From: Limisphaerales bacterium
GTDB taxonomy: Bacteria > Verrucomicrobiota > Verrucomicrobiia > Limisphaerales > JAKEEH01
DNA: 64,000 nucleotides
NCBI GenBank assembly: GCA_022616725.1
Contig: JAKEEH010000149.1
Coordinates: 4,664-68,663, forward strand
Reading direction: 5' to 3'
Part shown: positions 42,851-51,616 of the stretch, piece after piece
Numbering within the stretch: position 1 is the first letter of the stretch
How the letters are laid out: the number at the start of each line of letters is the position of its first letter
Translations under genes and position numbers: made by a program
The notes under the pieces: model-generated
What the model was told of the DNA's origin: nothing
The model's input: the letters and a program-made list of their open reading frames with translations, nothing else
The model's database searches: none

Positions 42851-44853
42851 CGAATTCCAACCGACAGGCCGACACGAAAGTCATCGTAGTTGCTTGACGC
42901 GTCGCCGCGATTGTCAAGGGCGTCGCGCTCAAAATAGAATCCATTCAGCCATTCGGCGCGCAAAACAACTTCCCACCGGCTCACCTTTGGCAGCACTGCC
43001 GGCGTCCAGAGCAAGCGCACACCGGGGCCTACCTCGATGAAATTGTCGTAGAAGTTTCCGCGGACATCCCAGGCAAGGTTCTCGACGGCGTAGGCATCGA
43101 TCGCCGTGCGCGGTCCCAATTGCCACAGCCGGAAGCCCTGATGGGCCTGGCCGTAACCGATCCAACTCGAATAGCGATGGTAATAGGAGAAGTCGGCGCC
43201 GGCATCGACGAACCAGTCGCCGCGCCAAAACATGCTGTTGGTGTTGCTGCCGCGCCAGCGGTGAGTTGCGCTGGCATCGGCCGGCGGAATGCCCCCTGCC
43301 GTCGCCACGGTCTCCTGGGGCCGGCGCAGAATGGTTCCGGGTCCCCACGATTTGAAGCCGTAGATTCCCGCCTGGTAATCCAGTGCCCAATCGCCGTTTT
43401 CGCGGCGGTCTAGGAAATCTTTGTTGCCGCCACCTTGCCCGTAAATGAACAGATATTCCCCGGGGACAAGTTGTGCCCGCATGCCTCCATAAAAGCCGAT
43501 GAAGTTGTCTGTAATAATGGTGCTGCGCCGGCCGGCGCCGGACCGCGTGTCAACCGAAAATCTAAATTCGGCGTACGGCTGGAGCCATCGGGCTTCCGGG
43601 ATGTAGTAGCCGTGGCGAGCGAATCCGGAGCCAATCAGTGTTCCGTACCGGCCTTGATAATCGCCCGAGAGGTACGCTTCGCCCCAAAAAAATTTATCAA
43701 AATTCACAATTTCGGGCGAAGCAAGTCGGCGTTCTGCTTCGGCGGCGAGAAACGTGTCGGGATGCGCGCGCTGAAGCTCCTTAAGGACCCGCGACGCTTC
43801 ACTCCAGCGATGTTGTTGCATTAGAAGGTCGGCGTGCAGCAACGCGAGCTCTGGTTTGGACGGATGCTGTTGCGCAACTTTGTCGAAGCGCTCGAGAGCG
43901 AGTTGAGTTTGACCGAGAGCGAGCCAGGCGTACAGCCGTTGCAACTCCATGGCCGGCGACAAAGGCTCCTGTCGTTCCAGTTCGGCGATGGCCTCGACCA
44001 CCTCCCGGTGTTTGCTTTGCCGGGCAAGAACATAGACGCGTTCTTCTCGAGATGGCGGAGGCGCCTTTTCGGCGAGCCGGCGGGCGGCTTCGGCAGCGGC
44101 GGCCGTTCCTGGATGCTCGCTTTCGACTTTGTGCCAGAGTTGCTCGGCGGTCTGAAGTTGGCCGAGCCGCGCGTAGAGATCGGCGCGAACCAACGCCAGG
44201 TCGGGCGCGCGCGGGTCGCGCTGTTCAAGTCGGTTGGCGTATTCGAGCGCGGCCGCATATCGGTTCAAACTCACCAGCGAGTAGAGGCGCTGCATTTCCA
44301 TGCCCCACGAGAGTTCGCCCGCGCTTTCCAGTTTCTCGACCTCACGGACAACCTCTTCGTGCTTAAGATCGCGCGCGAGCTGGTAAACGTGCTCTTCGGC
44401 GGTCTGGCGGTCAGCCCGCATACTCTCTTCGCGCAGCCGCGCCAGGGCGTCGCGCGCGGCGGCTGCCATGTCGGCATTTGTGGAGCTTTCGAGTGCGGCA
44501 AAGGTTTTCCGCGCATCTTCGGCGCGTTGCAGATTTAAATAGATTAGCGCCAGTTTGAAGTGCGCCGCCTCGTTCTGCGGCTGCGCCTGGTGAACAGATT
44601 CCAGCACGGTCGCTGCTTCAGCGTAACGGCGCAGATCAGCCAGTACACTTGCATAGTCGATGGCGGCGCTGTGATCCGCTGGCGCCTGGGCGAGATATCT
44701 TTTGAACTGTTCGGCTGCCTGGTCGAACTGTTTGCGCTCGTACAACTCATAAGCGTGCGCCTTTAGGGCCAGCACTTCAGGCGAGGGATCGGCAGCCAAG
44801 GCGAGAGCACCCAGGATTTGAGCGAGGATCATCCCGATGAAGGTCCGTCTCAT
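42844..44853 (-). CDS. NfrA/PgaA-like outer-membrane protein: N-terminal TPR array plus C-terminal beta-barrel
   Basis: 669 aa with a signal peptide. There are about 8 TPR-like helical pairs over residues 30-380. An alternating-hydrophobic beta region follows, ending ...YDDFRVGLSVGIRW (aromatic C-terminus typical of OMPs). 7-nt overlap with the synthase start. Confidence 0.7.
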   Translation of the reverse strand: MRRTFIGMILAQILGALALAADPSPEVLALKAHAYELYERKQFDQAAEQFKRYLAQAPADHSAAIDYASVLADLRRYAEAATVLESVHQAQPQNEAAHFKLALIYLNLQRAEDARKTFAALESSTNADMAAAARDALARLREESMRADRQTAEEHVYQLARDLKHEEVVREVEKLESAGELSWGMEMQRLYSLVSLNRYAAALEYANRLEQRDPRAPDLALVRADLYARLGQLQTAEQLWHKVESEHPGTAAAAEAARRLAEKAPPPSREERVYVLARQSKHREVVEAIAELERQEPLSPAMELQRLYAWLALGQTQLALERFDKVAQQHPSKPELALLHADLLMQQHRWSEASRVLKELQRAHPDTFLAAEAERRLASPEIVNFDKFFWGEAYLSGDYQGRYGTLIGSGFARHGYYIPEARWLQPYAEFRFSVDTRSGAGRRSTIITDNFIGFYGGMRAQLVPGEYLFIYGQGGGNKDFLDRRENGDWALDYQAGIYGFKSWGPGTILRRPQETVATAGGIPPADASATHRWRGSNTNSMFWRGDWFVDAGADFSYYHRYSSWIGYGQAHQGFRLWQLGPRTAIDAYAVENLAWDVRGNFYDNFIEVGPGVRLLWTPAVLPKVSRWEVVLRAEWLNGFYFERDALDNRGDASSNYDDFRVGLSVGIRW

Positions 44854-46454
44854 GGGGTGGGGGTGACAAGCTCGATTAGATTGTAATCACCATTTTGGCG
44901 CTCCAAGGTTCGCTGTCCCGAAGCCGCGCTGCGCTCCGTTTCCTGGGCGACAAGCCTTCCGGCGCGATCAAAGGATCTGCGGTGGACAATAACGTTTTGC
45001 AGTTCGAGGGTCTTGCGGGCGCCGCCCGTGAGCAGGATCGCACCCGGGACGGACACGATATTGTCGAGTTCGGCCAGATCCAGGAAGTGCAGGTTGTAGG
45101 TTTGGAGCAAGTCGATCAGAGCGATGATTTTCTCAAGTGGCTGGTAGCAATGAACGTAACTCCCGGCCACAACGCCCCGGAGCCCGGCCAGGAAATCGGT
45201 CATTTCGCCAATCCCCGCGAAAGAATTGCTCTCCGAGTTTAGCGCGTAGCCCGCGTTCTCGGGAACGATCAGGCGTCCGTAGCGATCAGCGCTCAGCGCG
45301 CTCGTGACGTAACTTTCTCGAAATGTGGCGTCGGAAAGTTGCACGCGCTCGACCGCAGTCGAAAAAACGTCCGCAATCGCGGTGTACGCATGGCGCGACG
45401 CCGCATAGCCGGGCGTTTGCCAGGCGAGTGGAAGCAACTCGTGCCGGAACATCTGCTGGAGGGCTCGATGCAGTCGTTCGCGGTGCTGATCTATGCTGTC
45501 GTTGGCCAACGGGCGGTCCAACTGCGTGTCCCAGAACTCGATACGCCCGTCATCAAACACGGTCCCTTTCATCACAAGCCGGGCGCCGCGCCGCTGTGCA
45601 TAACGCAGCCCATCGACCAACTCAGGGTTGTCCGCCAGCGTCTCAACGGTGTCGGACTCGCGATCAAAAAACAATGGCGTGGTGCTGACCGCGTAAGGGA
45701 TACGGCGCGAGTAAAGATAGTCGGCGATACGGCGAAAATGAGCGTGATCGCTGCGGGCATGATAGTCTTCAACGCGAAGGAGTAGCCGCGACGGCGGAAT
45801 GTCCTTGACATCATAAAAGTCCAGGAGCAGATCGCTGAAGATGTAGCTCAACGGTCCCCAGAGCGGCACGGTAGCGACGAACGTGGCGTTGCTCAATTGC
45901 CAAACCAAAGGCCGTTGATGCACCCGTTCCTGTACCGTCATGAGAATTTTCGCGGCGCTGTTCGAACTCACGCGCGCCGGAATCCAGGGATAGACGGGTA
46001 CGCGCCATGTTTTCCCGCGATAGACCACGTTGGTCAGCGACTTCTCGGTGAACCGCGTGAAAAACTCGAAATGGCCTTTGAAAGGGGGAGATTCCTGCAA
46101 TTGATCGGCGCCGAAGCCGACCCACAACAGCGGTTTTTGCAAATGTGTCAGCGCATGCAGGACGTTCGTAGGCAGTCGCGACTGCACCTGAGGACAAAAG
46201 ACGACAACGTAATCGGCTGAGGCGATCTCCGCCGGTTCGGCGTTGGACGCGGCGACGCTTTCGAGCCGGGTCGCGACGCGGCGTAACTGCAGGCGCAGAA
46301 TCTCCAGCCCTTCGCTCATCGAATACTTCGCGCGCGTGTCGGCATAAATGAGCAATGTCCTGGCGTCAGGCCCTCCACCCGCAGCAAGACGATTTTGCGC
46401 GCGCGCTAGGGCCAGGGCGGAAAGGATCGCGACAAAGATTATAATCGGTCTCAT
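44850..46454 (-). CDS. DUF2334-like (polysaccharide deacetylase-fold) periplasmic protein
   Basis: Track ORF 44850..46568. The start is chosen at ATG 46454 (MRPIIIFVAILSALALARAQ signal peptide), giving an ATGA overlap with the upstream stop. LLLRVEDYHARSDHAHFRRIADYLYSRRIPYAVSTTPLF resembles the DUF2334 core (YdaL-like). Confidence 0.55.
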   Translation of the reverse strand: MRPIIIFVAILSALALARAQNRLAAGGGPDARTLLIYADTRAKYSMSEGLEILRLQLRRVATRLESVAASNAEPAEIASADYVVVFCPQVQSRLPTNVLHALTHLQKPLLWVGFGADQLQESPPFKGHFEFFTRFTEKSLTNVVYRGKTWRVPVYPWIPARVSSNSAAKILMTVQERVHQRPLVWQLSNATFVATVPLWGPLSYIFSDLLLDFYDVKDIPPSRLLLRVEDYHARSDHAHFRRIADYLYSRRIPYAVSTTPLFFDRESDTVETLADNPELVDGLRYAQRRGARLVMKGTVFDDGRIEFWDTQLDRPLANDSIDQHRERLHRALQQMFRHELLPLAWQTPGYAASRHAYTAIADVFSTAVERVQLSDATFRESYVTSALSADRYGRLIVPENAGYALNSESNSFAGIGEMTDFLAGLRGVVAGSYVHCYQPLEKIIALIDLLQTYNLHFLDLAELDNIVSVPGAILLTGGARKTLELQNVIVHRRSFDRAGRLVAQETERSAASGQRTLERQNGDYNLIELVTPTP

Positions 46455-48226
46455 GCAGCAGTTTTGAACGGTGTCTCTCTTTGAGCGGACCGGCGCCGGC
46501 GGTCCCGGTCCCATTCCAAGGTCACGCGCCCGAGGATGACGCCGAGGACCACGACGCCGCCGAACCAAACCAGAAACCGGTTCAGTCGTCGTGATCGCTC
46601 TCGGCGGGCGGCAATTTTCCTGAGATGAGCTTGCGTTTGCGCCACGTCCAGCCCGCGTGGAATGATCTCCTTGACGGTCTGCGCGAACGATTGCACCGCC
46701 GGTTTTCGGGATTCATAGGATGCGAGGCGCCCGAGGTGATCCATCGCGGCCATATTCCCGTGCAAGCGTCCCCGCGCAGCTTCGTGAATAACTAACGCTT
46801 TGACTGTAGCTGGATCAAGATTCGTCCATCCTCCGGCGGTAACGAGCCATTCATTTGTGCCCCATGGAGCCGGCAGCATCTGAATCAAGGCCAGCGAAGG
46901 CTCGAAATCCGAAATGTCATCGCGCCGACCCTGAATGCGAACGGTTCCGCGGCTCATCTGTTGAATCAGGAGCCGGGCGCCATTGGGCGTGGCATAACGC
47001 CACGTGCTTACCGGCGCCAGGACGAGGGCCGAACGGTCGTGCAGGCAGCGCTGAAAGGTAGCATTGTCATCTTGTTCCCGGCTCGGATCAAACGCGCATA
47101 CTTGCGGCCAAAGCACCGGAGAGGACGGCAACCGCCGGCCCAGGTGCATGGAGATGTCGAACACAAGCCGCAGTTCCGAACGGCTCGGGGGTGTCGGAAG
47201 AACAAAGGCAATCCGCCGCAAAAAGCTGTCGCGTACGAGCAGAGTGTCGAGGTGTTCCAGACCTGTGATGTCCAAGGGTCGCGCGATAGTCTCTAATGAA
47301 GATCCGCTAAGTACTGTCGCAATCGGACCGCCCCGCGGCAAAGGATCGGCTCTGGCGCGAAAGGTAAACATCAGCGGGTCGATGCCTTCGGTCGGCGGAA
47401 TTGGCAATTTCGCGCTGCCGCCGTCGCCGTTCTCGTGCGTCAAAGGCACGTCACCCACTCGCATCGCGCCAAGAAACACTTCGAGCGCGCCATTTGTCAC
47501 GTTCGTGGAGTGGAAAAAGCGGAGGGTTAATTCACCCCGCTCGAGGCGGTGACTCGGCGGGAGCCGCCATCCGAAACGGGCCACCGGCTCTTGTCCAACA
47601 TCAAAGTCTCCCCAGCGAAGTTGGGCAAAAGTCGTGCGAGCAGAGCTCGGGCGGGACAGTGCTTCCGTCTCGGGGCGGATTGAAGGCACGTCAACGATCT
47701 CAGCAGGACTTGGCGGCAGAGCGTCCAGCGCCGGCCGGCTACCAAGAGTGACGACCGCTTTCTCAAGCCCCGCGTCGTCACCCCCCGTAACCAAAATCCA
47801 GCGGTGCCGGTTTCCGGCGTCGCCCACAATAAATTCCGCGAGCAAACCTCGACCAGGGCCGAGCGCGTCAAGGTTTGTTTTGATTTCCAACGCTACTGGC
47901 AATGTGCCCAATTCATCGACCCGGCCGACGATTACTACGTTATGGTCCTCGACGGCAGGCCAATTCGATATTTCCATGAGATGACAGTTGGATTCAGCAA
48001 ACGCCGACAGTTGTCCGAGCCGCGCCCCCAGGATCGCAACCCCGCGGAGGTGAACTTCCCTGGGCACGGAGGGAAGCAGGATTGCCGCGTGCACGCCCGA
48101 CATCTCGGCGAAACTGGCCGGAAACCGACGCAGTTCGGGAAAGAGCGGAAGTCTTTTCGTTTCGGCGGCCGCCGCCTGCATCGCGCAGGCGCAAACTAAA
48201 AGCAACACACGTACAGCCTTCGACAT
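46451..48226 (-). CDS. BcsB-like periplasmic protein with C-terminal TM anchor (assignment tentative)
   Basis: 591 aa. It has a signal peptide, a large soluble region and a single C-terminal TM helix (FLVWFGGVVVLGVILGRV) followed by a basic tail, the topology of cellulose-synthase subunit B/YdaN-like proteins. It is the first gene of the four-gene EPS operon. The call rests on architecture and context rather than motifs. Confidence 0.45.
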   Translation of the reverse strand: MSKAVRVLLLVCACAMQAAAAETKRLPLFPELRRFPASFAEMSGVHAAILLPSVPREVHLRGVAILGARLGQLSAFAESNCHLMEISNWPAVEDHNVVIVGRVDELGTLPVALEIKTNLDALGPGRGLLAEFIVGDAGNRHRWILVTGGDDAGLEKAVVTLGSRPALDALPPSPAEIVDVPSIRPETEALSRPSSARTTFAQLRWGDFDVGQEPVARFGWRLPPSHRLERGELTLRFFHSTNVTNGALEVFLGAMRVGDVPLTHENGDGGSAKLPIPPTEGIDPLMFTFRARADPLPRGGPIATVLSGSSLETIARPLDITGLEHLDTLLVRDSFLRRIAFVLPTPPSRSELRLVFDISMHLGRRLPSSPVLWPQVCAFDPSREQDDNATFQRCLHDRSALVLAPVSTWRYATPNGARLLIQQMSRGTVRIQGRRDDISDFEPSLALIQMLPAPWGTNEWLVTAGGWTNLDPATVKALVIHEAARGRLHGNMAAMDHLGRLASYESRKPAVQSFAQTVKEIIPRGLDVAQTQAHLRKIAARRERSRRLNRFLVWFGGVVVLGVILGRVTLEWDRDRRRRSAQRETPFKTAA

Positions 48227-48360
48227 TCGACGCGCAAACGTGCGTCAAACACTCAACTCAGTCAAAAACGAATACGACTCGACCGTTCAAAGGGGCGTTG
48301 TTTGCCGGCAAGCGCGACCTCGCGGTTGCGAAGGTTTGACTCGTTCCCCGGGAGTCCTGC

Positions 48361-50883
48361 TTACTTCCTTTTGGCGGAGCCGCCGGCATTGTCAGCAGGT
48401 TGATCGTTCCCGCGTTTCCTTGGCACGAAGACCGAAACGCTGGCTGTCGCCTTGTTGCCGGAGGCATCGACGCAGAGGACGGTGATCGTATAAAGCCTGC
48501 CTTCGCCTCGTGGAGAGCGCTCTGCGCGGACAAGACCTGTCAGGCTGCCAGTGATTGCGGTATCCGGAGCGGTGTTGTCGCCGGGACCGGTTTCCGGCTC
48601 GTTGCTGGTGATCGATACGATGCGGCTGACCGGAGCCGGGTCGCAGTTGTCGTTCGCGGTCACCGATACGACCACTGGGACCATGTCGCGTGTGACGTTT
48701 TCAATTACTTCGGGACTGACTGAGATCGACGCGATTTCGGGCGCCGTGCGGTCAACCACGGTCAAGGTGGTTGTGCAGGCGCCAGTGTTGCCCGAGAGAT
48801 CAGTGACCGTGAGGGTGATCAGATGAACGCCCACGCCAAGAAGCGTTCCGGGGGCGGGAGTCTGTTTTACATCCACATCTCCACAGTTATCGGCGGCTGC
48901 GGCGCGCGTTCTCAGGTCCGGCACTTGTGCCCGGCATTCTGTCTTGACTTCCAGCACAACCGGCTCAGGACAGACGACCGTCGGCGGAGTCGCGTCAACG
49001 ACGCGAACCAACGTGTCGCAACGGCTCTCGTTTCCTGCCGCATCCTTCACGGTAAATGTAACGGTGTGCGAACCGAGCGGGAGTGATGTGCCGGGCAATG
49101 GCGATTGGCTCTTGGTCAACGCCGTGGCGGGCGTGCAATTATCAGTGGCAGCCACTTGCGGTAATAGATCCGGCAGGACACCAAGGCAATCATCGCCTGC
49201 GACGACTCTGACAGGTTCAGGGCAATGGCCCACCGGTGCCGTCGCGTCCACGACGGTGAAGGTGACGGTGCATGACCCGACGTTTCCGGACGTGTCGGTC
49301 GCCGTAACCGTGACCAAATGCGTGCCCAAACCAACGAGCGAGCCCGCGACGGGCGATTGCGCTTTGAGAAGGCCAGTGGACGACGTGCAGTCGTCCATCG
49401 CGACAACTGAGGCAGTGAAATCGGGGACGACCGCGCCGCAATCGGGCCCGGCGACGACACTTCGCTCGGCCGGACAGACAACCCTCGGCGCGGTTGTATC
49501 GCGCACGACCACGACGACCGAGTCTTCTGCCGTTGCACCACTCGGGTCCGTCACTGTCAAGGTGACGGTGTGCGTGCCGAGACCGAGATTGACCGAGAGC
49601 GCAGCGCCGGAACCCAGAGAAACTCCCCCTTCACTCCAGGCAAACGTCAAGGTATCGCCGTCGGGGTCGCTCGATGCCGTCCCGTCGAGGCGGGTCGCCG
49701 TGCCGCACTCCACGGTGAGATCGGAACCGGCGTTCGCGACCGGAGGTTGATTTCCGGACGACGGCGTCAAAATGTACCAGGCGCTCGTGCCATTGAGGGT
49801 GCCGAGCCCGGCAATCTGACCCGCATCATTGATGAATCGCGCCGTGAAGAGACGCCATCCGGAGTTCGTCGGCAAGAGGCTGTTCAGGTCAACCATGACC
49901 CCGTCCTTCCAAAGAAAGGGAACCAGAACACCGAGGGCGTTTTCTGACCGCCCCACCACATGGCCCCAATTGTTTATCGCGGCGCCTTCGGAGTAGTCAC
50001 CGCCGAGGGTGCCAAGATCGGTCACGACGCCATTGCTGACGAGGAATGCGTGATAGGCCGTGTCGCCCGCCGTCCAACCATCGGCGAGAACCTGGCCGGC
50101 GTTGTTGATCGCGAAAGCCGAGCTTTCGCTGCCGCCGAGACTGAGCTTTTGCATTGCGCCATTGCGATAAACGAACCCGAATTGCGCGCCGTTTTCATCG
50201 AGCGAATCGCCGACAACTTCTCCGGTGTCGTTCAGCGCGTTGGCCATGCTCATGCCGCCGCCGAGGGTTCCAAGATCCGTCATCGAACCGTTGCGATACA
50301 GGAACGCGCGCGGCTCGAAGAATTCATTGTAAGAATCGCCGGTCACGTCGCCATTGGCGTTCATCGCGGCGGTGAAACTATAGCCGCTGCCCAGGGACCC
50401 AAGGTCAGTCATCTGGCCATAGCGATGCTGGAAAGAGCGGATGCCGCCGTCGCTGGTCTCGGAATCGCCAGCGACATCGCGAGCGCCGTTGACCGCAACG
50501 GCCGTGCTGTAAAAGCCGCCCAATGTCCCCAGGTCCGTCACCACGCCGCCGCTGTACAGAAATGCGTGGGCGGGCATGCCCGCCAGCGTGGACTCACCGA
50601 CGACATCCCCGAACTCGTTCAGCGCGTTGCCCAACGCGGTGGGGCCGCCGAGAGTCGGGATGTCCGTCATGACGCCGCGGCTGAAAAGGAACGCGTGCTG
50701 CTGCCCGGTCGCCGTGCGGGAAAGTCCTGCCGCGTCACCGGCATGGTTGAGGGCGCGCACTTCTGTGGCCGGTCCGCCAAGGCTCGGCACACGAACAATC
50801 GTGCTCTGTCCAGCGGCGAAGTTGAACAGGGCCAGCAACATCAGGCTTGCACCCGCCAGCGGTGAGACGACGATCGGTTTCAT
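48361..50883 (-). CDS. Secreted HAF-repeat / PKD / HYR-domain surface protein
   Basis: Start at the Met of MKPIVVSPLAGASLMLLALF. Repeated ...HAFLY..G.MTDLGTLGG... units are the HAF family. ANAGSDLTVECG...DPDGDTLTFAWS is PKD-like. Four modules of about 85 aa with D.C.......Q.P..G..L.LG.H.VT.T.TD..GN...C fit HYR. Confidence 0.8.
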   Translation of the reverse strand: MKPIVVSPLAGASLMLLALFNFAAGQSTIVRVPSLGGPATEVRALNHAGDAAGLSRTATGQQHAFLFSRGVMTDIPTLGGPTALGNALNEFGDVVGESTLAGMPAHAFLYSGGVVTDLGTLGGFYSTAVAVNGARDVAGDSETSDGGIRSFQHRYGQMTDLGSLGSGYSFTAAMNANGDVTGDSYNEFFEPRAFLYRNGSMTDLGTLGGGMSMANALNDTGEVVGDSLDENGAQFGFVYRNGAMQKLSLGGSESSAFAINNAGQVLADGWTAGDTAYHAFLVSNGVVTDLGTLGGDYSEGAAINNWGHVVGRSENALGVLVPFLWKDGVMVDLNSLLPTNSGWRLFTARFINDAGQIAGLGTLNGTSAWYILTPSSGNQPPVANAGSDLTVECGTATRLDGTASSDPDGDTLTFAWSEGGVSLGSGAALSVNLGLGTHTVTLTVTDPSGATAEDSVVVVVRDTTAPRVVCPAERSVVAGPDCGAVVPDFTASVVAMDDCTSSTGLLKAQSPVAGSLVGLGTHLVTVTATDTSGNVGSCTVTFTVVDATAPVGHCPEPVRVVAGDDCLGVLPDLLPQVAATDNCTPATALTKSQSPLPGTSLPLGSHTVTFTVKDAAGNESRCDTLVRVVDATPPTVVCPEPVVLEVKTECRAQVPDLRTRAAAADNCGDVDVKQTPAPGTLLGVGVHLITLTVTDLSGNTGACTTTLTVVDRTAPEIASISVSPEVIENVTRDMVPVVVSVTANDNCDPAPVSRIVSITSNEPETGPGDNTAPDTAITGSLTGLVRAERSPRGEGRLYTITVLCVDASGNKATASVSVFVPRKRGNDQPADNAGGSAKRK

Positions 50884-51214
50884 AGATAAGAATCTTCGAG
50901 CAGGCGCTAGTCCATGGGGTGCTGAGGAGTGGAAAGAGCAGCGAAAACAGGGCAAAACCTGCGGGAATGGCTGGGGTTCTCAGAAAAGAGAGGGGGGCCA
51001 ATGTCAATTTCTCAATCGTAAAGTTGTCTTGAAACTGGAGAAACAGTGTCAGGGAAAGGACACATTGGAAGGCGCGTGTCGGCTGGCTGCGGGAGCAAAA
51101 CGCAACACCACCGAAAAAGTTTGTATCGCAATTGACAATTTGATAGAGAAGGTTTGTTAAGCCGCTCAAAGCGTTGGTTCCAGGCATGTCTCATCTCGGG
51201 TCTGACCACTCAAC

Positions 51215-51252
51215 AAGACACGAATTTCACGAATTCGTGAAATTCGTGTCTT
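51215..51252. promoter_or_regulatory. 38-bp perfect palindrome (putative operator) in a divergent promoter region
   Basis: AAGACACGAATTTCACGAATTCGTGAAATTCGTGTCTT, checked base by base and centred on GAATTC. It is built from four CACGAAT half-sites. It lies between the HAF gene start (50883, minus) and the mini-CSLREA gene start (51312, plus). Confidence 0.55.
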
Positions 51253-51311
51253 CCACGCCTCCACGCTCTCGAAAAATCTCCACTCCCAGATCGACCAGAA
51301 AGGAACTACCC

Positions 51312-51575
51312 GTGAACTATAATGCGCGACGAAACTCCCTGCTGGTTTTAGTGTTCGGGATTGCGACGAGTCAGGCCGCCACTCTTACGGTCACAAATGT
51401 CAAGGACGGTGAGCCAGGGTCGTTACGGCAGGCGATCCTCGACGCGAACGCCACGCCGGCGGTGGACATCATCGCATTCAACATCCCCGGCGCGGGCGAT
51501 GTTTTTACGAACAGCGTTCACGTCGGCGGCGCGACCAACCGGGCGCGTTACTATCGTGTTCGTCTGGTGCGCTGA
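51312..51575 (+). CDS. Mini-paralog (87 aa) of the downstream CSLREA/beta-helix protein: signal peptide + N-terminal cap + C-terminal tail only
   Basis: Track ORF 51174..51575. The start is chosen at GTG 51312 (aagga 9 nt upstream), because the upstream part of the ORF is the palindrome. ATLTVTNVKDGEPGSLRQAILDANATPAVDIIAFNIPGAG aligns with the N-terminus of 51617..53719. DVFTNSVHVGGATNRARYYRVRLVR aligns with its last 25 residues. Confidence 0.5.
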   Translation: MNYNARRNSLLVLVFGIATSQAATLTVTNVKDGEPGSLRQAILDANATPAVDIIAFNIPGAGDVFTNSVHVGGATNRARYYRVRLVR

Positions 51576-51616
51576 GGAAGCGCAGATGCCGATCTCAATC
51601 AGAAGGAAACCAAAAC

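Noticed and set aside
41141-42889. 582-aa ORF on the plus strand
   Set aside because: It is antisense to the NfrB-like synthase, whose translation matches a known family along its whole length. The antisense product is low-complexity.
51215-51252. Palindrome containing TTTCACG...CGTGAAA as a parS site
   Set aside because: Canonical parS is a contiguous 16-bp dyad, TGTTTCAC|GTGAAACA. Here the arms are separated by AATT and embedded in a longer, different palindrome. The half-matches at 13530 and 38405 are also incomplete.
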